A DNA stretch of 64,000 nt, taken from IMG/VR virus record IMGVR_UViG_2558309035_000001; one strand, given 5' to 3'. Shown one piece after another: positions 1 through 11,281 of this stretch. The DNA is from an uncultured virus (IMG/VR IMGVR_UViG_2558309035_000001). Its lineage: Duplodnaviria > Heunggongvirae > Uroviricota > Caudoviricetes. The notes beneath the pieces are model-generated. The model was given only the letters and a program-made list of their open reading frames with translations, was not told where the DNA came from and made no database searches. How positions within the stretch are numbered: the first letter of the stretch is position 1; each line of letters opens with the position of its first letter. The translations under genes were made by a program, and so were the position numbers.

Positions 1-273
1 TTAGTTCTTTGATATTTCTTGTTCGTCGTAATCCATCCCCATAAATTCAAAAGCAACTAAGTCAGTATCAATATAATTTTGTGTGTAATTATTTTCAAGT
101 ATGTATTTGTGGTGTTCAGATAAGACTAAGGATAAGTCTACTTTGTCGCAAGACGATTTTACATTACTATGTAAAATTAATTTCTTGGCATGGTACGCTT
201 CTGCAAAGGCAAATATTTCTTTGCGTGTGTCAATATCTAAATCTGATTTTTGATAAAACTCTTGTGCTTTCAT
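1..273 (-). CDS. Phage hypothetical protein (early region)
   Basis: 90-aa ORF co-oriented with the early operon; duplicated at 58809-59081. Confidence 0.6.
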   Translation of the reverse strand: MKAQEFYQKSDLDIDTRKEIFAFAEAYHAKKLILHSNVKSSCDKVDLSLVLSEHHKYILENNYTQNYIDTDLVAFEFMGMDYDEQEISKN

Positions 274-343
274 TATTGTTTAATTTTAAGTTAATATTTA
301 CTAAGGCTTGTTATTGCTATTGAAACTAATCTTACATTTTACG

Positions 344-583
344 TTATCCATCATTTGAGCTTGCTACATTCTGAACTCTATATACTTTACATGGGTACGT
401 AGCTTTTTTCTCAGCAGCGGAGAAATCAGTACCACATTCAAAAACATCTCCGTTTTTGTCTAGCCAAATCCATTGTTCGCCACCTCTAATTTTATCTGGT
501 AGTATACCAGGCACTCTGCTAATCCATTGTAATTTGCTACTGAGTTCAAAAAGAAACTCCGCATTCACCATTATTTTTTCCAT
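344..583 (-). CDS. Phage hypothetical protein
   Basis: 79-aa ORF in a tightly packed minus-strand operon; duplicated at 59152-59391. Confidence 0.65.
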   Translation of the reverse strand: MEKIMVNAEFLFELSSKLQWISRVPGILPDKIRGGEQWIWLDKNGDVFECGTDFSAAEKKATYPCKVYRVQNVASSNDG

Positions 584-762
584 TGCTGATTGTTTACTAT
601 TAATTGATCATTGCATTTACTTTTATCATGCAGCGCCTTGCAGTTCCAGCAGACGAGGGCACCGGTGACGGCATCTCTAAAACCATTGAACAATACATCG
701 TTCTTTGGTTTGGATGCTGTACCGCAATAGCTGCACGTTTTTATATTACTGAAGAGATTCAT
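571..762 (-). CDS. Small zinc-finger-like phage protein
   Basis: CxxC...CxxC (CSYC, CWNC); overlaps both neighbours; duplicated at 59379-59570. Confidence 0.6.
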   Translation of the reverse strand: MNLFSNIKTCSYCGTASKPKNDVLFNGFRDAVTGALVCWNCKALHDKSKCNDQLIVNNQQWKK

Positions 763-2127
763 TTCATTTCATCCATTTCAATCTCACTAAAATCAATCCC
801 TTCAACACTGATTAGTTTAATTCCATAACTTCCATCTAACTCAGGAAATCCTTCCGCATCTTCAAAATCAGACAACACACCTCTTAAATTATGAACATTA
901 GTGGTCGCAAACACATTGCTGTTCTACAATACAACCTACCCAGTTCATCATAAATGTTTTTTTCCAAGTCCCAATCCCAAGAGAAGAATTCTAATAACAT
1001 TTTCGCATCACCTTCAGATAATTTCTCAATATCAATTTCTAAATGGCAGAAGCATCTCCCAGTTATATTCGTACTTATATGTTTTAATTTTCATTTTCTA
1101 ATTTATTTTTTTTACGGTCAACCAACAACTAATAACGAACATCTGACCAATGAATAATCCTTCCTTTAAAATCTGTATTGAACCAAGTAAAGAATGCCTC
1201 TACGGTGGGGAAGCCATCGTTGAGCGCTAGTTCTGTAACGTCTGTGATCCATGCGCCATCTATAAACACCAATGGTCTTTCCAATTTACATTTGTCCTGG
1301 TCTATCCATTGTATCTCCAGCTCCTGGATCGCGGTCACTTTTTTAACCGGTGCAAAACGCATCATACTTATTTTGCGAACATCTATATAAAAGTGAATAT
1401 CCAATCCCACTTTCCAACGGTGAGCTTTGTCTTCGCGAATGGTATGCGGTTTACCGAACTCTAATTTTTTATACATAGGCATATCAAACCTATTACAAAA
1501 TAAAGCCTGTTGAAATCCGGTATCTATAGGCTCATCACCTAGACCTTTCCATAATTTCTCTACAAAATACGTTGGCTCACCTGCCAACGCTCCCATTTCT
1601 TGGGCCACTTTGTGCTAATACCTAAGATCATAATTAGTTAATTTGTTAAACCTTTTCAAAACATAGCCTTCGCTTTTTCTGGAGACCAATAACACATTAA
1701 ATCTTTTTTCATAACAAAAGCATTCCATTCCGAACTTAATAATAGTGCATCGGCATCTTTAATGTACATACTATACGGATATTTAATACCAAATTTTTAG
1801 CAATTACTACAGATAGATTATGTTCCAGCTCCTTATAGCAAGGCATTAATTTTTTAAAAGGACTAGGCATATCACCTAAGTAAGCCTCGCTTGCATCATG
1901 AAGTAGACCTGCTAATTCATCATTCGTTCCGGCTAAACAATCAGAAACATAGAATGAATGTTGCGCTACGCTATAAAAACCTTCTAAATGTCCACCAAAC
2001 CTAGGTGTATATGCTAGTGCATGAGCAATATCTTCGATACAGATAGAATCTGGATCCAGTTTTCTAATATCAAAGCATTTTCCCGTATAAGTTCTAATAC
2101 TATTCTCTGTATATTCTTGATCTAATA

Positions 2128-2334
2128 TCATACCGTTTCTTTTTTAGGGGTTTCTATTAATCCGTAGAAAGTATTGTTGCCGCATTTGGGACATACCTGT
2201 TCTTTACTATTGATCACACCTTCGGTTCTACGCCATTTACGCTCATCTGGCAAACCTTGCCATTTACAAACTCTTCTGGTACACTCGTACGCCACGGCGG
2301 TATCTCCGCTTCTAGTATATTTTCTTTTCGCCAT
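2128..2334 (-). CDS. Small zinc-ribbon phage protein
   Basis: CTRRVC...CPKC motifs; duplicated at 60942-61148. Confidence 0.65.
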   Translation of the reverse strand: MAKRKYTRSGDTAVAYECTRRVCKWQGLPDERKWRRTEGVINSKEQVCPKCGNNTFYGLIETPKKETV

Positions 2335-2392
2335 AATTGATTATTGATTATTGTTAATTTATTACTGCCAACTGTTACTGCCAACCGCCTAC

Positions 2393-2587
2393 TTATTTCG
2401 GAACCCCGTACCCTTTTTGCTTTCCCTTAAAATTAAAAATCGGATAAGGATAACTTCTTGCTTGAGCGGCATAAGCCTCTGCAGGTAGTTGCTTTCTAAA
2501 AAATTTGGTTAATCCTTCTTCAATTCTTTTGGTTACATCTACCCTTGTACCCGTGTAAAAACCGTAATCTTCCTCTTTTTTTGCCAT
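2393..2587 (-). CDS. Phage hypothetical protein
   Basis: 64-aa ORF with ATG start in the early operon; duplicated at 61207-61401. Confidence 0.6.
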   Translation of the reverse strand: MAKKEEDYGFYTGTRVDVTKRIEEGLTKFFRKQLPAEAYAAQARSYPYPIFNFKGKQKGYGVPK

Positions 2588-3368
2588 AATTATTTACTGT
2601 TTATTGATTATAAATTATTGTTCATTGGTTTTAATTTTGCTGTTTTGGTATCCAATGTTTGACCCATCTCGTTAGCCAACACTTCAAGCTCTTCCCAGGC
2701 TTGATAATATCCTTTTAATTGCGCGTGAATGTACTTGGCCGATCGTTCTATATCTGATGCTCTAGCCATATCAACAATCCAATTTTTTGTTAGACAATAT
2801 TTTATCGCAATGTCTACAGCGTATCTGCATAGCTTCACAGGTTACCGATGATGGTAACATTTCATAATACCAGTCTGTATGCCGGCACCCTAATTGATTA
2901 AGCCACCTAAGCAGTTTCCAAATTTTCATATAATTGATTTTAATGGTTATTAATACCTGCGTACAACAAAAATTTTGTCATCGTTACAAAATAATTTCAC
3001 GATTTGTAGTAGAAAATAGATGATGGTACCCAAGAAAAAAGCAAGAAAAAAGCTAACTACGATAAACGGTATCCCTATTAATTTTAGATATTTCATAACT
3101 CCGTTATTTAAATTAAGCGGCATCACTTTTGGGCGCAATCTTTGTTTTGTACAAGTGTTCGTATAATTCAAACATTTTTTTACACCATACTTTTTTCGAT
3201 GGATCGTACCGAATTTCACCTGGTTTAATCTTGATTATTTCATGCGGAAAAATTCGTGTGTTTTATTGAACTCTATCTCTAGAAAATAGTAGCCATATTT
3301 TAATACCGGATAAATACCAATCCCGTTTTTGTTGCACCGGTGCATGTACGTGTATTCTTGACGTTTGC

Positions 3369-3557
3369 TCATCGTGGTCTTCTTTTTAAGGATAGATGAC
3401 GAATACATGCATTCGCCCACAGGTTGATATACATGGGCAACGGATCGCCAAATTCATCGGCAAAATATTTAAACACCCTGCACGCCTTGAATATCTCATT
3501 AATATTCTCGCACTTTGCGAAAATGGCTGCCACTTCTAATCGCGTATATTTTTTCAT
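3369..3557 (-). CDS. Phage hypothetical protein
   Basis: 62-aa ORF overlapping the upstream stop codon; duplicated at 62184-62372. Confidence 0.55.
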   Translation of the reverse strand: MKKYTRLEVAAIFAKCENINEIFKACRVFKYFADEFGDPLPMYINLWANACIRHLSLKRRPR

Positions 3558-3802
3558 ATTTCTTTAAATTTTTCATTCCATTGAACTGGAACATATATCA
3601 TATTATTTTTTAACCAAGAAGCCAGCTCATCTACATCTGTATTCTCATGAATTTTTAAAGGTTGGTTCATAAACTCACCTGTAACCATACTCTTTAACCA
3701 AAATGGTTGACCATAATTCAACGTTTTATCGTCTAATTTCAAGTCACTGGCCGTAGCTTTTCTAACTTTCATTACTACACTACATTCTAATGTATCGCTC
3801 AT
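3554..3802 (-). CDS. Phage hypothetical protein (probable start MSDTLECS)
   Basis: The 5' extension of the track ORF to 3943 runs through the iteron array and is probably non-coding. Confidence 0.55.
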   Translation of the reverse strand: MSDTLECSVVMKVRKATASDLKLDDKTLNYGQPFWLKSMVTGEFMNQPLKIHENTDVDELASWLKNNMIYVPVQWNEKFKEI

Positions 3803-3850
3803 AAAAAAACTTTTTAATGCTCTCGCGTTATACTTAAATAACCTTTCACG

Positions 3851-4040
3851 TTTCAACACTTCAACATCATTGATAATCAGATACTTACGCTTAAAAAGGT
3901 GTTGAAAGTGTTTGAAACACAAAACAGCTTCAAACACTTTCAAACAACTTCAACACCTTTTCAACACCTTACTTTTATAGTTAATCATTTGATTTTTAGT
4001 TTATTAAGTATTATTTATTTAGGTGTTGAAACGTTTGAAG
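3851..4040. repeat. Putative phage replication origin: direct and inverted TTCAACAC/TTCAAACAC iterons with AT-rich spacers
   Basis: Many TTCAAC/TTCAAAC and GTGTTGAA/GTTTGAA copies directly downstream of the primase-helicase gene. Confidence 0.65.
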
Positions 4041-4041
4041 T

Positions 4042-7000
4042 TCAAAAGGGTAAATCTTTCTGCTCCGTATTATTTATTTTTTCTTCAGGGGTTGCAGGGG
4101 ATGGAAACAAAGAGTTCTCATTCCGCTGAAAATCAACCGCAAACTTTATCTCATCTTTAATAGGTATCTCTTGTATCTGCACCAAATAGGCAGATGTAGC
4201 CTTAGATTCTTTACCAGGCGCAAAACGGACCCCTGCGATAGTGTCTATAAATGATTTATCTTTTTTCAATGCATCCATCATTACTCCCTTAGCCGGGCGC
4301 TATCTCTGTACTGCGTATACCATTGCCGTTGTACCCGATTGTAACAGCTGGTAAAATTGAAATACAGTCTATCACCGTCAAGTTTTAAATCACGGCCGTC
4401 TCTAATTTGGTCTGCCACCGTACCTCGCATACTCGCCAAGAAACAATCCCACCAACGATTGATTACACTAGCGCTGTTCATTTTGCTCATTTGACTATCG
4501 ATAGTCTTATCGAAATGGGACATCATATCTTCATGGCTAAAAGGAAAGCTTACCTCGGGTATATTCTGAAACATCTGGTAAAATGTTCCCAGTACCGAAA
4601 GATTTTGAACCATTCTACTCTGTGCCTCTGGTCTACGTTGTGCTAGAGTGCTCTTAAATTCTCTATACCTACCCTTGAAATTATTTTTTACGGATGCCCT
4701 ATGGTGCAAGAACATATCCGTATAGCCACTGATACCTTTTTTTACAATATCACTAAGCTTCTCGTACTCTTTTGTGTCCTCGTCATCAAAAACGGTCTTA
4801 TCCATAAACTCCCAAATAAATCTTGAAATCAAAGCTTCTTGATCGGGAGCATAATTACCGGTCATAATTACACTTGAAAGAATGGGAATGCTCTCTGTAC
4901 CCACATGACTATCTATATTTCCTCTTTTATAGCCACGTCTATCCCATAATCCTTTAAGAACTCCATCTAATTTTGGATCACCGTTCTTATATTCACTTAA
5001 TTGAGAAATTAAATTACAGAACTGGGCAAATTCTCGAACCTGCGCTTTAATAGTACTTACGCCACCCTCTAAGTTAATAGCGGTCTGTGGTCTTCCTGAG
5101 AAACTCTGACATACATCCGCTAATTGATCTTTACCTGAAGAAGCAGGTCCAAATAAGAACAGCATAGGGAAAGAATTTAGCTCAGAAACAACAATATCTT
5201 GAAATATAGAAGCTATGGAGAACAGGATACCCATCATACCATGACTTCGATGAACTTTAATGAGCTGATTGGTAAAGTTTTGAAAGTTTATAGTGGGTGG
5301 CAGGGAGACCACTCTTTTTTGAGCCTCGAACTTATAGATGTTCGTACTGTATATTTTATTGGCACTAGGCACATAATACATAACGTTTTTATGTTCAAAT
5401 ACTCCGTTATCATCTATAGTGATATCATTTTCGCTAGGCACTGTTACTTTGTTGTTCCATACCCAGAACCCTTCAGGTTGCCAACCAAGCACTTCAATCT
5501 TACGACCGGTACCCATTGAATCGAACAGAAACGTTTTAAGAAGTTCGTGTTCTTTACGACCACCTTTCCATCTAAAGTTGCCGTGCGCCGTTACAGCGTT
5601 TTCAAATGACATGGGGGTGTTCATTTCAGCGCTCTGCATATCAAAAATGCGTTCAAGTTTATGCACGTTCTTAATACGTACCAGCTTCATTGGGTACTTT
5701 TCATCTTGCATATGTTGAATAATCTCAATGTCGAAATTGCTGTAACTTTTAAAAGTAAAAGGGGGTTCAGCGCCTTGCTGTACATAAATCTGATGATTGG
5801 CCATGAACATTTGATACTTTTCAATGATCGGCCTTATATTTTCCAATGGCTCTTTTACACTTTCAGGAAGGCGGTAGAAATCTTCTGAAGAAAACTCTTG
5901 TATTCGTTTGTTCTGATTTCCCTTGATATCTTTTATAAGTGATAGTTCTTTAAACCACTTATTTATTTCGGTTGGTTTTACTGAGCTTTCTTTAGTTAAC
6001 CAGTCCTTATAAATACTGCGGATGCCTTCGTCTGAAATATCACTTACCAGTTGAACTAATTCTTTAGTTGACTGCGCAATTGCAACGGCATCTTTTGCCT
6101 TAAAGCGATGTGCCATCAAGAATTTAAATCCATCTTGACGATAGTTTATATTGTCACTTAGATTGCTTAAATCGTATTTACGTGCAGCAACTTTATGATA
6201 GCGAATAAAATCGTCTGGGTCCAACTGTGGTTGGTTCACTACAAGTTGTACTCGAAACCCTTCCTTAATAAATTCAGGTATATACCTGAGCATTGCTTTT
6301 TTACCAGGTCCGTCTGGGTCAAAATTAAAAATGATACGATCGCATAATTTTTTTAGCAAACGGATTTGACCGATTGCAATAGCTGTGCCACACCCAGCAA
6401 TGGTATTGGGTATACCGTTGGTTTGCCAGGCAATTACATCATTATACCCTTCGACCAACCAGGCTTCGCCCTTTTTAACTATCGCTTCACGAGCTTTGTC
6501 CAGTCCGTACCAAAAAATTCCTTTTTTGTATAGCTCACTATCTGCAGAATTTATCCATTTAGCGTACTTTTTATTGTCTACCAATGCCCTACCTGCGATA
6601 CCTACCGGTAGTAATGAAGTGCCTTTACGCTCAACCAAAGGATAAATAACTCTGTTATGCCATTTATCACCCGTATCCGATATTAAGCCCAATGTAATGG
6701 CATCTGCCTTTCTACCGTTGGCTACACATAAATCATAAAGAAACTTGCCACCAGGTGCATATCCAATCCTATAGTCTTCGACAATATCATTAGAATACTC
6801 TCGTTTACCGAATACCTCCAATTTAGCAGGGTGGTCTTCAGGTAGTTCTTGAAATGCTTGTTCAAATTTTCTTAAACTACTTTCTAATAAAGGGCGAAGG
6901 GCTTCCTTTTTTTCTTGCTTTTCATGATAAGCCCTGGTGGCCTTATTATCTTCATATTGTAACTCTACATTATATTTTTTCGCCAACCACTCAATCGCTT

Positions 7001-7250
7001 CAGGGTATGTGATACCCTCTTTTTTCATTAGAAAACTAACTGCAGAGTTGCCACTATTTCCATTGCTAAAATCTTTCCAAATTCCCTTTGCAGGTGAAAC
7101 CATAAAACTTCCTGAAGATTCATTTATCCATGGGCTTAGTCCTTTAAATTGCGCCCCTGCTTTTTTAAGTTCAACAAAATCCTTAATGACTTCAACCATA
7201 TCGGAAATTTCCCAAACCTTTTCGATTGAATCTTTTGATATAAATGGCAT
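4042..7250 (-). CDS. DnaG-type primase (zinc-binding/TOPRIM) fused to a C-terminal P-loop helicase, ~1069 aa; frameshifted here by a homopolymer error near 4295
   Basis: KWINS, LVEGYNDV, FDPDGPG, DPDD and Walker A GPASSGKD; the second copy (62857-63981) reads through into the 4042-4281 ORF. Confidence 0.9.
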
Positions 7251-7253
7251 TGT

Positions 7254-7520
7254 TTACTTGTTTTTTTCGTTATAACCTTCCACTTCCGCGTTCCAAAAAT
7301 TCCTCAATTGTTCGTCTATTATCGAGGGCCACATTACTATTTCGTCTTCAGGTAACTTCGATTCAGCAATTAAATCCACATGAAATGAAGATATACCTGC
7401 CACAAAAGCCTTTTTCATTTCGGATAATTGAACAGGATTAATTTTGCTCTTATCCACATTTGATAATTTCAAATAGTGGTCGAACCATGATTGTATATTG
7501 AATTCTGGTTTAGTAGCCAT
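7254..7520 (-). CDS. Phage hypothetical protein
   Basis: 88-aa ORF directly upstream of the primase. Confidence 0.65.
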   Translation of the reverse strand: MATKPEFNIQSWFDHYLKLSNVDKSKINPVQLSEMKKAFVAGISSFHVDLIAESKLPEDEIVMWPSIIDEQLRNFWNAEVEGYNEKNK

Positions 7521-7738
7521 TACTTCGCTTTATTTAATTGAAAAAACATTCTTTTCGTTGCCTTGGCATCTATGATGGTGAACACTGCCATACCGAACAG
7601 GAAGCCAGCCGATAAGAACATTGTGATATAGATAATTAGATTCATAAGGTTTGGTTTAAAAACCCTGCTGCCCCAACAGCAGGGTAACTAACTAATATAT
7701 AATAGCCGGCGTGTGCTCCAGCTGCACCTAGGATTCTC

Positions 7739-8299
7739 CTAGATAAGATTAAGGCGTTGGCCTATTATTGTTGATTCTTGCTTGGTCTGTACACCAAGCT
7801 TTTGATATAGTTTCTTTTTAGCAAGGTGAAAAGAGCCTAAAGGCAGGTTCATTTCACTTGCGATAACATCATTGGTGTTATTGGTAGACAACATTTGTAC
7901 TAGCGTAATATCTTGATGATCTAACCGCGCACCGTTATACTGAACCGCTTTACACAATACCCCTTCTGATGCACATGTACCACGCAAAGGGCACGGCCAC
8001 CATTCACCATCTTGAACCCCATCGGTAGACATATCGGCTTTATAGTCCAACCCACCAAAACGGCATTTTACAAATTGCTCTAATCGTTTGTAGCTACTCG
8101 CTGGGTGCATATCGAACAGGTGAATTTTAACCTCATGATCTTTATCGATTTCATCTTGCAACATTTGCATATAAGAGAAAGGAAGTTGAGTTAAATCCAT
8201 CACGCTACCATTGGTAATCGCTTTAATATTATCGTTATCGATAAAAAATTCAACAGCATCGCTGGTGAGTCCGGGTAATAATTTGTTCTGGTTTGTCAT
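7739..8299 (-). CDS. Transcriptional regulator with C-terminal LuxR-type HTH and a Cys-rich segment
   Basis: CPLRGTC...C; TNDVIASEMNLPLGSFHLAKKKLYQKLGVQTK resembles a LuxR HTH. Confidence 0.75.
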   Translation of the reverse strand: MTNQNKLLPGLTSDAVEFFIDNDNIKAITNGSVMDLTQLPFSYMQMLQDEIDKDHEVKIHLFDMHPASSYKRLEQFVKCRFGGLDYKADMSTDGVQDGEWWPCPLRGTCASEGVLCKAVQYNGARLDHQDITLVQMLSTNNTNDVIASEMNLPLGSFHLAKKKLYQKLGVQTKQESTIIGQRLNLI

Positions 8300-8310
8300 A
8301 ACAGTTTTAT

Positions 8311-8580
8311 TTAGTGGTTACTGATTAAATTGCTCACGGTTCTTTTTGCCGTTTTATTTTCAAGTGCGATCTCTGCCAAGACGTTTAACACTATCCAATC
8401 TTCGACAATACCGCTTTTGATATTGCGTATACTACCAGAAGAATAAGTAAGCTGCTTTTTAGCCAGACGGCTTTTCGCTTCTTTTACATACCCATATTTA
8501 AGGTGCTCTTTTAGAAAATCAAGAACCTCTTTATGCGAATGCACATTCTCTGCAGGTGTATTTTTAATTATATTTGTCAA
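8311..8580 (-). CDS. Cro-like early regulator
   Basis: Divergent from the CI-like gene; HTH-like segment YSSGSIRNIKSG; start codon uncertain. Confidence 0.55.
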   Translation of the reverse strand: MTNIIKNTPAENVHSHKEVLDFLKEHLKYGYVKEAKSRLAKKQLTYSSGSIRNIKSGIVEDWIVLNVLAEIALENKTAKRTVSNLISNH

Positions 8581-8673
8581 GGTTTGTCTATTTATGTCAA
8601 CAAATATATTCTAATCTGTCTATTATTTACAAATAATATATTCTTATTTGTCTAATTTATAATTGTTCTAAAT
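8581..8673. promoter_or_regulatory. Lysis/lysogeny switch region with two 18-bp operator-like repeats
   Basis: TATATTCTAATCTGTCTA (8605-8622) and TATATTCTTATTTGTCTA (8637-8654) between divergent HTH genes. Confidence 0.65.
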
Positions 8674-8997
8674 ATGGAATTTGGGGAAAAAATGCGAGAA
8701 CTAATTGATAAAAAGGGACTTACACAAAAGGAGTTTGCCCATGAGATCAATATGAACTATGCTCATACGAACAAGTTCTTTACAGGTCGTACACCGAATA
8801 TGGAGTTCATATTAAAAGTGGTAAAACGTTTTCCTGAAATAGATTTGAATTGGTTGCTATTGCCACACGAGCATCGCAAAATAAATGATCGTGTCGCAGA
8901 GCAACCTGCCGATTACAATGCGTCTAAAGCCATGCAGTACATTACCGGAGTAGAAGAAAAACTAGAAGAATTAAAGAAATATTTGACACAAATTTGA
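8674..8997 (+). CDS. XRE-family CI-like phage repressor
   Basis: GLTQKEFAHEINM...GRTPNMEFILKV...IDLNWLL; divergent from the early operon and next to att. Confidence 0.85.
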   Translation: MEFGEKMRELIDKKGLTQKEFAHEINMNYAHTNKFFTGRTPNMEFILKVVKRFPEIDLNWLLLPHEHRKINDRVAEQPADYNASKAMQYITGVEEKLEELKKYLTQI

Positions 8998-9001
8998 CAC
9001 A
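8982..9001 (+). repeat. Phage integrase arm-type repeats (TTTGACACA x2)
   Basis: Two direct copies ~50 bp before the att core; matching pair at 20257-20277. Confidence 0.6.
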
Positions 9002-9052
9002 CAAATTTTATAACGCCATTGATTACTAACTCGTTACATTCTGAAAATAAAC

Positions 9053-9066
9053 CCTGTCGAGGTCAC
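9053..9066 (+). repeat. att core CCTGTCGAGGTCAC (3' end of tRNA-Arg); phage/satellite junction 1
   Basis: Exact 14-bp direct repeat of 20145-20158. Confidence 0.9.
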
Positions 9067-9073
9067 TAAAAAC

Positions 9074-9111
9074 AAAGGGGTTTACAAAGATTTATTTTGT
9101 AGCCCCTTTTT
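9074..9111 (+). terminator. Terminator-like hairpin right after the att core (satellite-supplied tRNA terminator)
   Basis: AAAGGGGTTTACAAA...TTTGTAGCCCCTTTTT. Confidence 0.6.
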
Positions 9112-9113
9112 CA

Positions 9114-9133
9114 TTTGCCCACTATTTACCCAT
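9114..9133 (+). repeat. Satellite integrase arm-type repeats (TTTGCCCAC, TTTACCCAT)
   Basis: Same motif occurs three times at 19967-19996 at the other end of the element. Confidence 0.65.
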
Positions 9134-9134
9134 T

Positions 9135-9707
9135 TTAAGTGGTTTTTACGGAATTTCTACCTGCTTTATTCCTCCTTACCCCCTCTATTAAAAGTTTTGC
9201 TCTTCCAATATATTGATCAACAGTAATTTTTTTTTCATTGTGCTCCTCCCAAATATCCCCATAACTCTCACTAAATTCATTCAACTTATCTTGAGATAAA
9301 TTATTAAGTTCCTCTGGGGTCATACCTAATAATATATAATCTACCTCAAATGGCATATAATAATCGGTTTCCGCTAAATTCTGGAATATTTGACTATAGC
9401 TATATACTTTATCTAGTTCTATGAGGTATTGTTTAAACTGTGCATCATGAAATCCAAGATTCTCTATAATACACTCAATAGCAGTATAAAAGATATCGGT
9501 TTTTATTCGTTGTGGTGATTCCAATTTTTCAATTGTTTTATTGATTGTGTCTGCTAAATCCACAAAGTTCAAAACCTCTAATGCAGATTTAAATTTTTCC
9601 TTTTGACCACCATACTTTAATCTATTAGTTTCCAATACCATATAATTATACGGGTTGTCGATGATTGTTTTAGCTACTTCAATTGATCTTGCTCCTGATA
9701 ATACCAT
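9135..9707 (-). CDS. Hypothetical protein (satellite cargo)
   Basis: 190-aa ORF, no motif recognised. Confidence 0.7.
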   Translation of the reverse strand: MVLSGARSIEVAKTIIDNPYNYMVLETNRLKYGGQKEKFKSALEVLNFVDLADTINKTIEKLESPQRIKTDIFYTAIECIIENLGFHDAQFKQYLIELDKVYSYSQIFQNLAETDYYMPFEVDYILLGMTPEELNNLSQDKLNEFSESYGDIWEEHNEKKITVDQYIGRAKLLIEGVRRNKAGRNSVKTT

Positions 9708-9727
9708 AATGTTTGATTTTTAAATTG

Positions 9728-10030
9728 TTATTTGATTCTTATTAAATTTTTCTTTTTAAATGTTTTGACTTGAATAAAGAAATTCTCGGCTTTCTCTTTG
9801 TATGACAATGAGCCATCGTTACCTACGGATTCAAATATGGATAAATATTCATCTTCTTTACCTTTTACGGTTCTTGGGTCAAATCCAAAAAGTATCTGTA
9901 TGTATGGATTTACATTTATATCAGAATCATTACTGGTCTTACAAATATTATTTATTTGTTCAGATACATAATACTGTCTAAATAATCCCGTCAACAATTC
10001 GATTTTTAAGTTTTTTTTGATTGCTTTCAT
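9728..10030 (-). CDS. Hypothetical protein (satellite cargo)
   Basis: 100-aa ORF co-oriented with 9135-9707. Confidence 0.6.
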   Translation of the reverse strand: MKAIKKNLKIELLTGLFRQYYVSEQINNICKTSNDSDINVNPYIQILFGFDPRTVKGKEDEYLSIFESVGNDGSLSYKEKAENFFIQVKTFKKKNLIRIK

Positions 10031-10219
10031 TTTAATTGATTTTTACTATTTGTTATTTGAATTTTTAATGTCCACTTAAATATTTTAAATATTATTTTGG
10101 GTTGTATTTCTGATTGTCTTTCCATCGCTTTATCCCAGATGTCTTCAAACTCTTCATTCGTGAAATATCCCCTGTTTAATATATCTTCCATACTTTAAAT
10201 GTTAATTATTTATTCAAAT

Positions 10220-10299
10220 ATACATTACAAGTATATTATATACAAATAAAAATATACTTTATTTGTATTTTTTAACATATTTATATACATTTGAAGTAT
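10220..10299. promoter_or_regulatory. Three ATAC-N7-GTAT palindromic operator-like sites
   Basis: At 10220-10234, 10254-10268 and 10285-10299, between the XRE gene and the divergent cargo genes. Confidence 0.55.
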
Positions 10300-10311
10300 T
10301 AAAGAGAAGAT

Positions 10312-10599
10312 ATGTTTAGGATTAAAGAGGTATTAAAAGAAAAGAATATGACGTCTATTGCACTTGCGGATGGTGTAGGTGTTGCCAGTAATACTATAGC
10401 ACGGATAAATAGCGGTGTAGCAAAACCAAGTATAGAACTATTAGAAAAGATTTCCGATACATTGGATGTTGATATTAGGGAACTGTTTAAGCCTGGTAAA
10501 GGTCATTCTTTACTTAATGGTTTTGTAGAGTATAAGAATACTATATACCGTATAGAAACAAAGGAGGATTTAGAAACCCTACTAAACAAGCTTAATTAA
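10312..10599 (+). CDS. XRE-family HTH transcriptional regulator
   Basis: RIKEVLKEKNMTSIALADGVGVASNTIARINSG...PSIELLEKISDTLDVDIRELF. Confidence 0.9.
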   Translation: MFRIKEVLKEKNMTSIALADGVGVASNTIARINSGVAKPSIELLEKISDTLDVDIRELFKPGKGHSLLNGFVEYKNTIYRIETKEDLETLLNKLN

Positions 10600-10738
10600 T
10601 ATGGAATCAGATAAGTTTCAAAAAAATATGATTTGGTTTATCTTCGGGATATGTGGATTGATGGTATTCATTACTAAATGTGAATGGGGTTAAAGTACAG
10701 GGCTGTACTATTATAGTTTGTATTACTCCTTTAATAAT

Positions 10739-11281
10739 TTATCTTCCCTTACCTTTTCCTTTTCCCTTACCTCTCCTTTGGTAACTAGATTTTACTGGGT
10801 TCTTTTTAGCTACTCTAATTTTATCTTCTTGTACGTAGTCAATTTGTTTAGTAGAAGGAATCCGAAATGTAAAACAAGATGTACCTTTAAAATTAGTGAA
10901 TGCAAAATCTCCTAAAGAAATAATATCCATACCAATTAACATCTCAGTATTACCAGATAGAATAGCTTCAACAACTTTAACACCTACAACATTTATTTTA
11001 TTAGGTAAATAAATATTTACAAGATAAGTATTAACTCTGTGTGAACCACCAGCGTGGTGAGAGGTAACTACTCCAGTTGGCTTTAACCCGAGCTCCTTTG
11101 CAACCTTAGCGGTAATGACTGTTCCTGTAGCACCAGTATCCCAGATTGCTTCATATTCTTTTAATACTAATGGATTAGCGGATCCGCCTCCTAAAGGAAC
11201 AGCATCTGAAACTCCACATTTTGTTTTCAGTACATTTATTCGGTGTGGTACTTTTAAAGTAAACGCTTTAATTTTAGTCAT
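10739..11281 (-). CDS. Retropepsin-like (clan AA) aspartyl protease with a basic C-terminal tail
   Basis: AIWDTGATGTVIT catalytic motif and LIGMDII. Confidence 0.85.
   Translation of the reverse strand: MTKIKAFTLKVPHRINVLKTKCGVSDAVPLGGGSANPLVLKEYEAIWDTGATGTVITAKVAKELGLKPTGVVTSHHAGGSHRVNTYLVNIYLPNKINVVGVKVVEAILSGNTEMLIGMDIISLGDFAFTNFKGTSCFTFRIPSTKQIDYVQEDKIRVAKKNPVKSSYQRRGKGKGKGKGR

Larger units (their letters stand above)
1..5190. repeat. First copy of a long direct repeat (second copy 58809-64000); circular overlap or concatemer junction, period ~58.8 kb
   Basis: Identical sequence and ORFs at offsets 58808-58816; the differences found are 8 single-base deletions in homopolymers in this copy. 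Confidence 0.97.

Noticed and set aside
759..4300. Pseudogenes or programmed frameshifts in the early genes (HD protein, ASCH, primase)
   Set aside because: All breaks are 1-nt homopolymer deletions absent from the second copy, so sequencing error is the simpler explanation
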